Shown here: in pieces, positions 23,073 to 33,146 of the stretch
How positions within the stretch are numbered: the first letter of the stretch is position 1
Layout: each line of letters opens with the position of its first letter
Assembly (NCBI GenBank): GCA_963743635.1
Contig: CAVUQO010000002.1
Span: forward strand, 288,001-352,000
Direction: 5' to 3'
Source: Candidatus Babeliales bacterium
Lineage (GTDB): Bacteria > Babelota > Babeliae > Babelales > Vermiphilaceae
DNA: 64,000 nucleotides
Program-made: the position numbers and the translations under genes
Notes under the pieces: generated by a model
What the model was told of the DNA's origin: nothing
Seen by the model: only the letters and a program-made list of their open reading frames with translations
Database searches by the model: none

Positions 23073-23115
23073 ATACATCATCGGCGCGGAATCATCCACA
23101 AGCCGAATCTTAATC
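23073..23115. repeat. 43-bp boundary repeat, copy 5
   Basis: ATACATCATCGGCGCGGAATCATCCACAAGCCGAATCTTAATC. Confidence 0.88.
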
Positions 23116-23125
23116 CGTTTGGCTA

Positions 23126-24454
23126 TTATGAACAGAATGAGGTTACCATGGTACTGACTGGATCTGAAACATTACCATATGCGTCGGTTGCTACAATGCT
23201 GTAGGTGTGGAGAATGTTTGGATTGCAGTTATGAACCATGTATTGCAAAGGATTGCTTGCAGGAATAGTAGCAATCGGTTCATTCGACGAAGAAATAGTA
23301 TAGGATACTGGCGGATTACCGGTTGTTGGTGCTGTCCAGGCAAGATTATTAATATAATCCGTTTGCGTCAGGAATCTATTTTGTGTTTTGCACCCCTGAA
23401 ATGCGGTAGGGGGAAACACGGAAGTAATACTCATAATACTCACGGTATTGCCTTGCGTATTGGCGATATATCCCGTTCTGCCATTTGGCATAATTGAAAT
23501 GCCACCCGACCCATCAAGTGTTGCCAGAGGATCAGATACCGTTGCGGGTACTCCTACCGTATCGTTGATTGCATCGATGATAATAACGGTGTTGGAAGTC
23601 CCTTGCCCAGCGTATGCCGTAGTGCCATCAGGGGTGAAGGCAATGCCAGTGCAAAGACTAAAAGGGCCATTGGTAATAACAGACGTTACGCTATCATCAG
23701 CAGTAGAAACGACCTGAACGCCTACGCCATTGAGACTGCTTACGTATGCTTTGGTGCCATCGGGAGATAGAGCGATAGCATATGGTGCGCTAAAAGCAGT
23801 CATGGTATTAGTAACATAATGCGTAGCGCGGAGAGAAGGGACGTCGATAACGGAGACACTGTTGTTGGTTTGATTGACGACGTATGCTTTTTGCTCATTG
23901 ATGAAAGCAAGTTGTTGAGGAGTGTCAAATGGTGCGTCAGTACCATCTATCAATCTCACGAATGTATCATTGATTGCATCAATAACGCCAACAACGCTAC
24001 TGCCGGTGTAGGAAACGAATGCTTGCGTGCCATCCGGAGAAAAAGCGATGTATAGTGGGTACAGGTAGTATGGCTCAGTGATGTTCATTATGGCAGTCGC
24101 AGGATTTTGGGTAAGATCAACAACCGTCACAGAATTACTAGTATTTCCCACATATGCTTTGCGTCCATCAGGAGCAATGGCCATTCCGACCGGTTGAGAA
24201 ATATAACTATATGGATCATATACAACACCCACTACCACCGCAGGATTTTGTGTAAGATCAACAATACTCACTCCACCACTGTTATTAGTAACGTATGCGG
24301 TAGTTGCATCAGGAGCAATAACAAAAACGTAGGGCGTCTCGATGGTGGCTTGGCTATCAATGACGGTACCCGTAATAATGCTCTGAGGAGTAACGCCATA
24401 GAGCGTTGATATGACCATACAAGATAGTAGTAACGATATGATTTTTTTATACAT
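23126..24454 (-). CDS. Secreted YVTN/YncE beta-propeller protein with C-terminal FN3-like domain
   Basis: Repeated A-[IF]-[AST]-PDG..AYV.N..VS[IV][IV]D blades; LAWTAP..YSIVATDAYGNVS. Confidence 0.9.
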   Translation of the reverse strand: MYKKIISLLLSCMVISTLYGVTPQSIITGTVIDSQATIETPYVFVIAPDATTAYVTNNSGGVSIVDLTQNPAVVVGVVYDPYSYISQPVGMAIAPDGRKAYVGNTSNSVTVVDLTQNPATAIMNITEPYYLYPLYIAFSPDGTQAFVSYTGSSVVGVIDAINDTFVRLIDGTDAPFDTPQQLAFINEQKAYVVNQTNNSVSVIDVPSLRATHYVTNTMTAFSAPYAIALSPDGTKAYVSSLNGVGVQVVSTADDSVTSVITNGPFSLCTGIAFTPDGTTAYAGQGTSNTVIIIDAINDTVGVPATVSDPLATLDGSGGISIMPNGRTGYIANTQGNTVSIMSITSVFPPTAFQGCKTQNRFLTQTDYINNLAWTAPTTGNPPVSYTISSSNEPIATIPASNPLQYMVHNCNPNILHTYSIVATDAYGNVSDPVSTMVTSFCS

Positions 24455-24540
24455 GAGAGATATTCCTTTTTAAGATGGGGATATCATATGTTTACTACAT
24501 CTGGTGACGGAGTAGCAAGCTTTTTAAGTGATGGCGGAAC

Positions 24541-24948
24541 TTAGATCAGAGCTTGCAGCAATGCTACAATTGGTAAATCGGCTTCTGGCATATCGTATTG
24601 AGAGAGTTCAGCGGGAAATACCCATGCCATCGCAGAATGTTCGCATAGAGTTATTTCGCCTTCGAATGAGGTCACTTTAAAGACGCACATATCAAAGAGA
24701 GCGTCCTTATGTTGAAAGGTACTGGTGCAGAGATAGTCGCCAACTTCTGCATGGATGCCCAACTCTTCAAAGAGCTCGCGTTTGAGGCATTCTTCTAACG
24801 TTTCACCAGCTTCAACTTTACCGCCGGGAAACTCCCATTTTCCGAAATTACATCCCCTGTCTGCGCGCTGAGCAATGAACATTTTGCCATCACGTTCTAT
24901 AACAGCGGCAGCTATGAATTTTTTTGGAGAAGTTTGATTATTGTGCAT
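24541..24948 (-). CDS. NUDIX (d)NTP pyrophosphohydrolase (MutT/NudG-like)
   Basis: GKWEFPGGKVEAGETLEECLKRELFEELG Nudix box. Confidence 0.93.
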   Translation of the reverse strand: MHNNQTSPKKFIAAAVIERDGKMFIAQRADRGCNFGKWEFPGGKVEAGETLEECLKRELFEELGIHAEVGDYLCTSTFQHKDALFDMCVFKVTSFEGEITLCEHSAMAWVFPAELSQYDMPEADLPIVALLQALI

Positions 24949-25017
24949 GATTAAGCCTCTTTTGATATTTATATTCAGTATATCAGGTTGTAAAAGAGGA
25001 CGCCACGGGGGTAGGGA

Positions 25018-25944
25018 TTATTGAATATACTGAGCAATTAATGCTGGAGCATCCAATAAAATCGATAGGTGCGCAGCATTTTCGACGATCTGTGCTTGCA
25101 CGGGTGCATGAATCAGATCTTTATACGCAATTACTTTTTCTGGGATGAATTGTTCATCCTGGGCACCGATGAAAAGTCCAACCGGCTTATTGATCTTCTG
25201 CAATAAGGGAGTGATGTCATACGGCGTTGTAGCGCACGACATGGCAAAGGTGTAAAAGGGGAGTATTAAAGGATCTGCTTGTAGCAAGACGTCTGAATAA
25301 TTGAAGAATAATGCTTTGTAATGAATGAACCATGAGTTGGGAAACATCATACCAAGCATATAAACCCATGGGCGTACACTTTTGATAAAGTGTTGATCAG
25401 CATGTTCGTGTGTTTTTGCGGTGCCCGATTGTGGCCCGAGATAGGGCGCCAAGAAAATATAACCATCTTCCAGGGTCTGAGTGTTGTTTGCAGCGTAATT
25501 AATAATGAGTCCCGCGCCCGATGAATGCCCGACTAAATAGAGCTTTGCATCGACCTGTTCATTTTTCACAAAACCGACTGCCTGAGCAACATCATCCCAT
25601 ACTTGATTGATTGATGCTGCATCACCACGTTCTCCCTCGGAATGGCCGTGCCCACGAATATCAAAAACATAACATCCAATGTTGTATTGCTCATTCAATG
25701 TTTTAGCGACCCATTGATATGTTTTGTTGCCGTATAATCCAGCGCCAGCATAGAGGATGGTGATCGCACGGTTATCATCATTGACGAAAGGGTAATAGGC
25801 AAGCTGAACGCCATCGGATGCGGTGAGAAATTGAGGTTTGGTGAGGGTGAAATCTTGGATTGCATCGATTTCTTTGAATGAGAAAGGTTCGTGTGCGTTC
25901 ATAAGGAAACTCCAGCTCAGAATGAGCAAAAAATAATGTTTCAT
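25018..25944 (-). CDS. Alpha/beta hydrolase (lysophospholipase-like), signal peptide
   Basis: DIRGHGHSEGERGD, GHSSG. Confidence 0.9.
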   Translation of the reverse strand: MKHYFLLILSWSFLMNAHEPFSFKEIDAIQDFTLTKPQFLTASDGVQLAYYPFVNDDNRAITILYAGAGLYGNKTYQWVAKTLNEQYNIGCYVFDIRGHGHSEGERGDAASINQVWDDVAQAVGFVKNEQVDAKLYLVGHSSGAGLIINYAANNTQTLEDGYIFLAPYLGPQSGTAKTHEHADQHFIKSVRPWVYMLGMMFPNSWFIHYKALFFNYSDVLLQADPLILPFYTFAMSCATTPYDITPLLQKINKPVGLFIGAQDEQFIPEKVIAYKDLIHAPVQAQIVENAAHLSILLDAPALIAQYIQ

Positions 25945-25950
25945 ACAGGA

Positions 25951-26580
25951 TCAGGCTTCGATCTTGATGCGTTCGGCGATTGCCATTAACACGCGCCGAG
26001 CACGATGTGCATTTTGTGCTTGGGCTGTTTTCCATGCGGCCATCATTTCATCTTTTGACGCAGTAGGATGGGTGATCTGCATTTCTTGCATGAAATTAAT
26101 GTAGCGCCACTCTTTTTTCGGATCTTCTGGCGTTTTTTTACGCCGTTCATATTCCGCAACCCAATAATCGGCAAATTCTTGATAAGTTGGGGGTTTGCCT
26201 GCCATCCAACGATCATTGATCCAATCAATGCCAAAGGCGGTGTAATGAAAATAAGGGCCAATTAATGTTTTAAAAAATGTTCTGGTTGCCGCGTCATTCT
26301 TATACAATCCATAGAGCATGAGCGCATTTGGATGTAATGTTGCAGGATGTCCGCGGCGAAGGGTTGCGCGTGATTGAGCAGGAATCGTAGGTAATGTCAT
26401 GGTCTTACCCGTGCGAATGAAGAGCATAATTTTTTCTATGAGTTCAGCCTTTTTTCCCGCTTCAGGAAGACCAAGAATACGGCATGCATCGTGCAATTCA
26501 GCCATCTTCATAAAGTGCATTGCATCACTGAGTGATGCTTGTTCTTGCTCTGTTAATAAGGGATAGGAAATGGTCTTCAC
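25951..26580 (-). CDS. SAP-motif / DUF6434-like protein
   Basis: ELHDACRILGLPEAGKKAELIEKI; YKNDAATRTFFKTLIGPYFHYT; GTG start. Confidence 0.75.
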   Translation of the reverse strand: MKTISYPLLTEQEQASLSDAMHFMKMAELHDACRILGLPEAGKKAELIEKIMLFIRTGKTMTLPTIPAQSRATLRRGHPATLHPNALMLYGLYKNDAATRTFFKTLIGPYFHYTAFGIDWINDRWMAGKPPTYQEFADYWVAEYERRKKTPEDPKKEWRYINFMQEMQITHPTASKDEMMAAWKTAQAQNAHRARRVLMAIAERIKIEA

Positions 26581-26596
26581 GCTAATCCGATCTACT

Positions 26597-27565
26597 TCAA
26601 ATTTTTTTACACTCTATTGCACACATAAGATTGCCCAAGGGGCGAATGGAAACAATTTCTAGTCCAGCGGCTGTGATAAGCATTTCAAAGTCTGCCCTTG
26701 TTCTTTCACGCCCCTGGAAAATAGTCAGCAATGCAAGATCAATAGCAGCCAAAAGCTTTTTGTCTTCAGAGTAATCAAGAATGCCGTCGATAATATACAA
26801 GCTTGAATCTTCTTGCATCGCGTTACTGACATTGTTGAGAATTTTTAACGATTCTGCATCATCCCAATCATGCAAGACTCTTTTGAGAATGAAAATATCA
26901 GCGGTGCACGCAATAGGCTCAAAAAAACTACCAGCTTTTTTAGTGCAGATCGGATCTAAATTATCAGCTTGTGCCACCACTTCGGGAAGATCGAATAAAA
27001 TACCCTCGGTAAGAGTATGAGTGCGAGCAATGTTATTAATGAGTTGTCCAGTGCCACCGCCAATATCAATGACTCTGTTTTTGAAAGAGATCGTTTTTGC
27101 AATCATTGCATCTTCTTGCGCAGAAATGATGGTCATTGCATCATTAAAGCGTGCACTTAAAAGCGGATGTTGTTTTAAATGCTTAAAATAGTCAGTTCCA
27201 TAGAGCTTATCAAATGAGGCTTTTCCGGTAGCAATGGAATACCCTAAATGACCAAAACAGTTCCACCGGGTTTCATCATCATGCAATAAAAAAGGTTTTA
27301 TAGTATGGGGATCGTCAGTGCGCATGGTTTGGGAAAAATCAGTCAGGCAGTAGCGCTGATCCTCTTGTTTTTTGAACACATCATTGAGTTCTAAAAAGTA
27401 TAATAAACGCTTTAATGATGACGCTTCAGTATGCGTTACGATCGCGATTTCATCTGCGGTCATCGCTTTTAATGCGAGATGCTCAGCAATATTAAGATCG
27501 GCTGCAACGAACAATGCGCGTGCAAGAATGATGCTTTCAAGTAATGCATTAATAGAAATTGCCAT
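26597..27565 (-). CDS. SAM-dependent O-methyltransferase
   Basis: Dimerisation N-terminus, DIGGGTG, FDLPEVV, KRVLHDWDD, GRERT. Confidence 0.94.
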   Translation of the reverse strand: MAISINALLESIILARALFVAADLNIAEHLALKAMTADEIAIVTHTEASSLKRLLYFLELNDVFKKQEDQRYCLTDFSQTMRTDDPHTIKPFLLHDDETRWNCFGHLGYSIATGKASFDKLYGTDYFKHLKQHPLLSARFNDAMTIISAQEDAMIAKTISFKNRVIDIGGGTGQLINNIARTHTLTEGILFDLPEVVAQADNLDPICTKKAGSFFEPIACTADIFILKRVLHDWDDAESLKILNNVSNAMQEDSSLYIIDGILDYSEDKKLLAAIDLALLTIFQGRERTRADFEMLITAAGLEIVSIRPLGNLMCAIECKKI

Positions 27566-27677
27566 AGGTGCGCCTTTTGATTAAGCAAATGTAAGGAAAT
27601 ATGTGTGTTATATCATGAATGTTTCGTTTGATATGTATTCCAAGTATAACAGGAAGTAAAAGAGGGCGCTATTGGTG

Positions 27678-27855
27678 TTAGACTGTTGGCTCAGTGACGA
27701 ATTCAAGAATTTTATGCTGCAGCTTTTTCAATTCCTCTGGATGATCTAAGAGCCAAAGGTCAATTTTGTGCGGGCATTCAGGAATGGTATATATTTCTTT
27801 TTTGCGGGTGTTTGGTGTATGCCGAGAAAAATGTTCTTTGCTGTTACATGAGTAT
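27678..27855 (-). pseudogene. Possible 3' remnant of a hydrolase gene
   Basis: Start-less frame KKEIYTIPECPHKIDLWLLDHPEELKKLQHKILEFV*, resembling an alpha/beta hydrolase His-loop tail. Confidence 0.35.
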
Positions 27856-27951
27856 GATTTACACTATCAGTGTAACGAAATGCAGATTAAAATGTTAAGT
27901 ATCTTTTCACGTTAAAGTAATTTAATATTCCGAAGTATCAAGGAAACCGAT

Positions 27952-28968
27952 ATGATCAAAAAAACTCTCAGTTTCATTTTTTTATGCTCAGCAATGGTCA
28001 TTCATGCATCAGGCGTGAATGAGATTACGCCATATAAGTTTAAGAATCCACTGAAAGAGCCAGCCTATGATATTCCTCCATCATCACGATTTACGATCCC
28101 GCGTACAGATCTAGATGCTGCAGACATCGTTTATTATCTCAGCAAGCCTCCGGTTAATAATTACCCTATAGCTGTTCTATGCGGCGGATCATCGCATAAA
28201 GATGCCATTTTCAGCATCATGCTTTTTCATCGTTATTTGTTACAAGAATTTAAGGATTTGGGCATTGCCGTGTTAACGGTGGAGCAGTGGGGCGTTGATG
28301 GCAACATCATCGATGCAGATGCATTCATGGAGCATTACACGCGTTCACAACGGCTCAAAGATCACCAATCGGTGATCGAATATTTGAAATCAAATCCGCC
28401 GGCTGGATGGAATGGCAAGCTTATTTTCTTCGGAGTGTCTGAGGGCGGACCTTTGGTGACAAGTCTTACCACTGAGTATTCAAACATAACGAGTGCGACC
28501 ATCAATTGGGTTGGTGCGGGAGATTGGTCTTGGCGCGATGAACTCTGGGAATTTATTGTAATGATGAGAAAAGATGCGCCCTGGTGGATAAAATTATGGG
28601 ATTTGATGCCGCGATGGGTGCCGTTTGCCTTCGATCTTCCGAAAACAAGAAGTGAATATGATTTAATTATGGATGCTACGCTTGAGGATCCCTGTGTGGA
28701 AAAGGAATTTATGGGCATGACGTATCGATACCATGCTGATGCGCTTACCTATCCATTGCCAGAATATGACAACATTCGTACACCATTTTTGGTAGTTGCA
28801 GGTGTACGAGACTCGATTATTCAATCGTGTGATGCATTCATTGAAAAAGCCCGTGCTGTTAGTGTGCCCATTACTTATATGCGTATTTCTGATATGGACC
28901 ATTATGTGATCAAACGACCGGTTATCGTTCAACAATCATTTGAATGGCTGGCTGAGCATATAGATTGA
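27952..28968 (+). CDS. Secreted alpha/beta hydrolase (S9-like)
   Basis: Signal peptide; GVSEGG, AGVRD, MDH. Confidence 0.88.
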   Translation: MIKKTLSFIFLCSAMVIHASGVNEITPYKFKNPLKEPAYDIPPSSRFTIPRTDLDAADIVYYLSKPPVNNYPIAVLCGGSSHKDAIFSIMLFHRYLLQEFKDLGIAVLTVEQWGVDGNIIDADAFMEHYTRSQRLKDHQSVIEYLKSNPPAGWNGKLIFFGVSEGGPLVTSLTTEYSNITSATINWVGAGDWSWRDELWEFIVMMRKDAPWWIKLWDLMPRWVPFAFDLPKTRSEYDLIMDATLEDPCVEKEFMGMTYRYHADALTYPLPEYDNIRTPFLVVAGVRDSIIQSCDAFIEKARAVSVPITYMRISDMDHYVIKRPVIVQQSFEWLAEHID

Positions 28969-29044
28969 GATTTTTCTGGGAAAAACCGTAAACTAAGGTA
29001 TTAAAAACTCATTGTGATACTGCTTTACTCAAGGTGAAAAAGCT

Positions 29045-29461
29045 ATGAATAAAAAAGAATACTTCCTCACGGGGGCAATATTTACGCTCATGTTTATATT
29101 ATTTGTGATGTTGTTTGGGATTATCCTCAATGTGATCGGATATAGTGATGTAAACGTTACCTCATGGCGCTATTGGGTCGGCATGATGGCCTGTTTTATG
29201 CCGATGGCAGTTCCCGTATTTCTGAACCGTAATAATATTTCGTTAACGAGTATTCTAGGCCGCATGATTTATTTTTATGTCACCGGCATTTCATACCTCA
29301 TGATTTACACCTTTATCGGTAAGCAATCGATAGATCTTTGGCAGGTCTTTATTTGGGTAGTGGTTTTCAGCATTCTCTATCCTTGTTTAATGTGGATTAT
29401 GCAGCACCCATGGACTCAAGGGCGCATACAATCTATAAAAAACTATTTTTCCAGAAAGTGA
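29045..29461 (+). CDS. Small membrane protein (about 4 TM helices)
   Basis: Four hydrophobic stretches. Confidence 0.8.
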   Translation: MNKKEYFLTGAIFTLMFILFVMLFGIILNVIGYSDVNVTSWRYWVGMMACFMPMAVPVFLNRNNISLTSILGRMIYFYVTGISYLMIYTFIGKQSIDLWQVFIWVVVFSILYPCLMWIMQHPWTQGRIQSIKNYFSRK

Positions 29462-29465
29462 CCCA

Positions 29466-29627
29466 TGATGCATAACACGCTGTTGCTCTTGCGGTATCTT
29501 ATTTTTATGAACCCTGAAAGCGGGCTGTACGCAGGCACTCTTGCTTGCATCAGCAGTAGGCAAGCCGCTCTATGAACGTATGGGATTTAAAGAATACGCA
29601 GTCTACAAGATATATGCTAACGGTTAA
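29466..29627 (+). pseudogene. 3' remnant of a GNAT acetyltransferase
   Basis: AGCTQALLLASAVGKPLYERMGFKEY* is a typical GNAT tail; no intact 5' part. Confidence 0.6.
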
Positions 29628-29647
29628 TATTAAAAATAAGGGTTTTC

Positions 29648-30193
29648 ATGAAACGCGATTTATTAATGCAGCAGCTCCTGCGCTATACCCCATCTCCTGC
29701 AGAAGAAACATTTAAAAGCATCATGCTTGATTTTTTGTCAACGAGCGAAGATGTTTTTGAACGATCACATTGTTGCGGACATATTACGGCATCATGCTGG
29801 CTACTGAGCAAAGATCGCTCGCACGCGCTCATGATGCATCATAAAAAACTTGATCAATGGTTTCAATTGGGAGGTCATTGTGATGGAGATCCTGATACGC
29901 GTAAGGTAGCGATTAAAGAGGCGCAAGAGGAATCAGGTATTAATGATATTATAGCCATCTCTCCTGACATATTTGATATCGATATTCATTGGATTCCTTC
30001 CAACAAAAAAGAAGCAGGGCATTATCATTATGATGTACGTTATCTTCTAGGCGTAACCTCGGATGAGCAGATCATTCAGAATCCTGAATCAAAAGAATTG
30101 CGCTGGATATCAATGGAAGGAGAACTTCCTACTCATAATGCATCGGTGCTGCGTATGTTCAATAAATGCAAACACTCTATGCGCAATGCCTAG
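29648..30193 (+). CDS. NUDIX hydrolase
   Basis: GHITAS, HHKKLDQWFQLGGHCDG..AIKEAQEESG, HYHYDVRY. Confidence 0.92.
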   Translation: MKRDLLMQQLLRYTPSPAEETFKSIMLDFLSTSEDVFERSHCCGHITASCWLLSKDRSHALMMHHKKLDQWFQLGGHCDGDPDTRKVAIKEAQEESGINDIIAISPDIFDIDIHWIPSNKKEAGHYHYDVRYLLGVTSDEQIIQNPESKELRWISMEGELPTHNASVLRMFNKCKHSMRNA

Positions 30194-30349
30194 TCATGAA
30201 TGGAAGACCTAAGCAAAAAAGATGGTCACCGCGCTTATTCTACCCTCATCCTTAGATTCTTTTTAAGATCATCGCACATCAACTATAGATCCAGCGCTGG
30301 AATTATGTAAGGTTATAACGGAAATGAAGATCTATAAAAAGGAGCGGGT

Positions 30350-31681
30350 ATGAATCGTTATTGCCGTATCATCATATGGTTATTAGTGTTGAGTGGTGGT
30401 CAGTTCTTATCGGGTGATGATCAGATACTCATCGATAATCTCACGCGGTATGTTCCCGTTCCAGAGATTATTGCGCAAGCGCTGACCAGTCTCATAAATC
30501 CTGTGCATGAGAGTGCAGATTTTACGTTGTCATCCAAAGAGCAAGACTGGCCTTTATATCGCGCGTATCCCGATCTGATGGAAACGTTGCCGCGCGTTGT
30601 GCTGTGCGAGTTGCCAACGCCAGTTACGCATCTTGAAGCGTGTGGTGAACAGTTGGGCATAAGCCTGTGCATGAAGCGGGATGATCTGACCGGCACTAAG
30701 AATCATTTTGGCGGTAACAAACCGCGCAAATTAGAAACGATTTTGGCAGATGCAAAACGTCATAACGTGGATACCGTAATTACCTTTGGCTGCATTGGAT
30801 CCAATCATGCAGTCGCCACCGCTGACTGTGCGGAGCGATTGGGGCTCAATTGCATTCTCATGTTAAAGCCGCAAACAATATCGCGCGTTGTCAGAAGAAA
30901 CTTGCTGCTCATGGATTATTTCGGTGCAGATATACGCTTTTCACCGACGCATGCATTGCGCGATTTGGACGTTGCCAATATCTTTTTACATCAGCGTTTA
31001 GATTCTGGTGCATTTCCCTATGTGATCCCGACGGGCGCTGAAACGGCGTTAGGCGCCGTTGGTTACGTCAATGCCGCGTTCGAATTAAAAGAACAAATTG
31101 ATGCAGATGAATTGTCAGAGCCCGATTATATCTACCTCGCGGCCGGCGGTTATGGTCATCCAACTGGTTTACTGGGCGCTACGATTGCCGGACTTGTGGT
31201 GGGGTTAAAAGCAGCAGGGCTCAAGACTAAGGTAGTCGGCGTATTTACGCAGCCGGAAAAAAAGAAAACGATCGAGAAACTGTTATTGCAACAATGTACT
31301 GAAACGGTTGCGTTGCTCCATGATGCTGATTCTGCATTTCCTGCATTACGCATTACCCCTACTGATTTCATTATCATCGATGATTGCGTCGGCGAACGAT
31401 ACGGCGTATACACGTCCGAGGGCGTTGCAGCGATGAAGTTGGTCAAAGAAACCGAAGGTATTCACCTCGATGGAACGTATACCGGTAAAGCATTTGCCGC
31501 ACTCATACGCGATGCGCGTGCAGGGAAATTAAAAGCTAAGAATGTATTATTCTGGAATACGTTTTGCGGTAATGATTTCAAACGTGTGCTGAAACGCCGC
31601 TCTTATGAGGCATTGCCATATGCATTGCATGCATACTTTGAAGGCGCTACGCAGCCATTAGATGGGGACCCTTCGCTTTAA
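30350..31681 (+). CDS. PLP enzyme, D-cysteine desulfhydrase / ACC deaminase family, with N-terminal signal
   Basis: LPTPV, KRDDL..GGNKPRKLE, GSNH, EGIHLDGTYTGKA. Confidence 0.9.
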   Translation: MNRYCRIIIWLLVLSGGQFLSGDDQILIDNLTRYVPVPEIIAQALTSLINPVHESADFTLSSKEQDWPLYRAYPDLMETLPRVVLCELPTPVTHLEACGEQLGISLCMKRDDLTGTKNHFGGNKPRKLETILADAKRHNVDTVITFGCIGSNHAVATADCAERLGLNCILMLKPQTISRVVRRNLLLMDYFGADIRFSPTHALRDLDVANIFLHQRLDSGAFPYVIPTGAETALGAVGYVNAAFELKEQIDADELSEPDYIYLAAGGYGHPTGLLGATIAGLVVGLKAAGLKTKVVGVFTQPEKKKTIEKLLLQQCTETVALLHDADSAFPALRITPTDFIIIDDCVGERYGVYTSEGVAAMKLVKETEGIHLDGTYTGKAFAALIRDARAGKLKAKNVLFWNTFCGNDFKRVLKRRSYEALPYALHAYFEGATQPLDGDPSL

Positions 31682-31714
31682 CTCCCTACTACGCTAAAGC
31701 TTCGAAGGGCAGGC
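31682..31714 (+). repeat. 33-bp dispersed repeat CTCCCTACTACGCTAAAGCTTCGAAGGGCAGGC
   Basis: Identical copy at 55276-55308. Confidence 0.85.
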
Positions 31715-31771
31715 GGGGCAGTCGGGCTGGGGGATTTTTCTTTTGTTAACCGGCAATCAATTTCATCAAAA

Positions 31772-32002
31772 AAATAAGTAAAATCCCCTCATCCGTTCGT
31801 CCCGGGTGTTTCTATTCCTGCGCGAAGCGGAGGATAGAAATGTGCGAGGGATTTTAAATCAGATAATTCATATTTTAGTGTGGAGTACATGCAGATTTTA
31901 TGTGGAATATTATTTATCAACAATTCCTCGCACAATTCTCTCCTTCACTGCGTTCAGGATAGAATCACTCGGAACGAACGGGGGAGGGGATTTTACTTAT
32001 TT
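31772..32002. mobile_element. REPIN/MITE-like element with ~80-bp imperfect inverted arms
   Basis: AAATAAGTAAAATCCCCTC..CCGTTCGT..TGTGCGAGG mirrored at the right end. Confidence 0.8.
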
Positions 32003-32061
32003 CTATGATGTAATTGCCATTTAATTTCTTAACCCTACTCACACCAAAAAAGAATCTATAA

Positions 32062-32112
32062 ACCCGTTCGTCGTGAGATGTTTCGATCCATTAGGAGCGA
32101 AATGTATCGAAT
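32062..32112. repeat. REP-like palindromic unit
   Basis: CCCGTTCGTCGTGAG..AAATGTATCGAA. Confidence 0.6.
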
Positions 32113-32139
32113 GATTGAAAAGAACGGGATATATAAAAA

Positions 32140-32565
32140 CTATTGATTATCGTCTTGTTGCTCTTGCCATCGACGATAGCGGACTTCTTGTTTTTCTAAG
32201 TCCTTCAGACATTTTTCACTTTGTGCAATTCTTTTTTCTATATCATGTACATGATTTGCATCCTCTTCAGAAAGAATGGCAGCTGCATGTTCTTGACGGT
32301 ACTCTTCCCAACGGGCCCATTGCAGGAGATCTTGTGCTTGCATTTGAAAAGCTTCCTTGCACAATTTGTGCTCTGCGACTGGACGCCCTTCGGTTATGAG
32401 AGGGGTCATCATTAAACCGCACACCGCAGTAAGATAACAGCATGCTTTTACTGCATTGCCGTAGGCATTCGTAGATGATTTAGTTTTCGCAGTTTCCATT
32501 TGCATAGCGTGCATGTGTGAAGTGCAGAGCGCAAAGGCCATGAGGCCGATTAATAGTTTTTTCAT
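32140..32565 (-). CDS. Secreted hypothetical protein
   Basis: Signal ..HMHA|MQ; internal hydrophobic helix and coiled coil. Confidence 0.78.
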   Translation of the reverse strand: MKKLLIGLMAFALCTSHMHAMQMETAKTKSSTNAYGNAVKACCYLTAVCGLMMTPLITEGRPVAEHKLCKEAFQMQAQDLLQWARWEEYRQEHAAAILSEEDANHVHDIEKRIAQSEKCLKDLEKQEVRYRRWQEQQDDNQ

Positions 32566-32614
32566 TGGGTATTCCTATAGTGAATTTATCACGCCATAGC
32601 GAAGCGACGGCGGA

Positions 32615-33139
32615 TTAATTTTTTTGATCTTTATCAGTGTTGTGTTGCTTTTGTGCGGACCGGTTGCTTGCATCTAATAATGCCTGTGTGTATGGATCTA
32701 ATAATGCATAAGATGCTTGAATCCGTTTTTCGACCGCGTCGCCATAGATATAGCGATCTGCTAACGCAACTGCATCATCGATGGTTGCATGCCCCTTATG
32801 ATCGATTTGCTCGAAATGCTGGAGAGCTCTTAATTTAACGTCTTCAGGTAAGTATTGAATACCTCTACGCAACACATCCCATGGAGAAGATGCCGTGGCC
32901 CCTTCCCTTGGCCCTCTTATTCCAGCCAATCTCTCACCGGTAAGGTCAAAATCACTTTCCCCTACTATTTGAGGACGCATGTCAGAATTAATGCCAGGCA
33001 CTTCTCTCAAAAGATATGGTTTGTCTGCATCATTGCCATTCTCCCCATCCTTACCAATATTTAGTGGATTACCACTTCCCGCAACCATGCACAATGGCAT
33101 CATGAGTGCTGCGATAAAGATTTTTCTTAGATTATTCAT
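32615..33139 (-). CDS. Secreted hypothetical protein
   Basis: Signal MNNLRKIFIAALMMPLCMVA. Confidence 0.75.
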   Translation of the reverse strand: MNNLRKIFIAALMMPLCMVAGSGNPLNIGKDGENGNDADKPYLLREVPGINSDMRPQIVGESDFDLTGERLAGIRGPREGATASSPWDVLRRGIQYLPEDVKLRALQHFEQIDHKGHATIDDAVALADRYIYGDAVEKRIQASYALLDPYTQALLDASNRSAQKQHNTDKDQKN

Positions 33140-33146
33140 GTGAGTC

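Noticed and set aside
15441..23115. The 43-bp repeats as a CRISPR array or integron attC sites
   Set aside because: Spacing is 1.3-2.9 kb, no cas or intI gene is present, and there is no RYYYAAC/GTTRRRY palindromic structure
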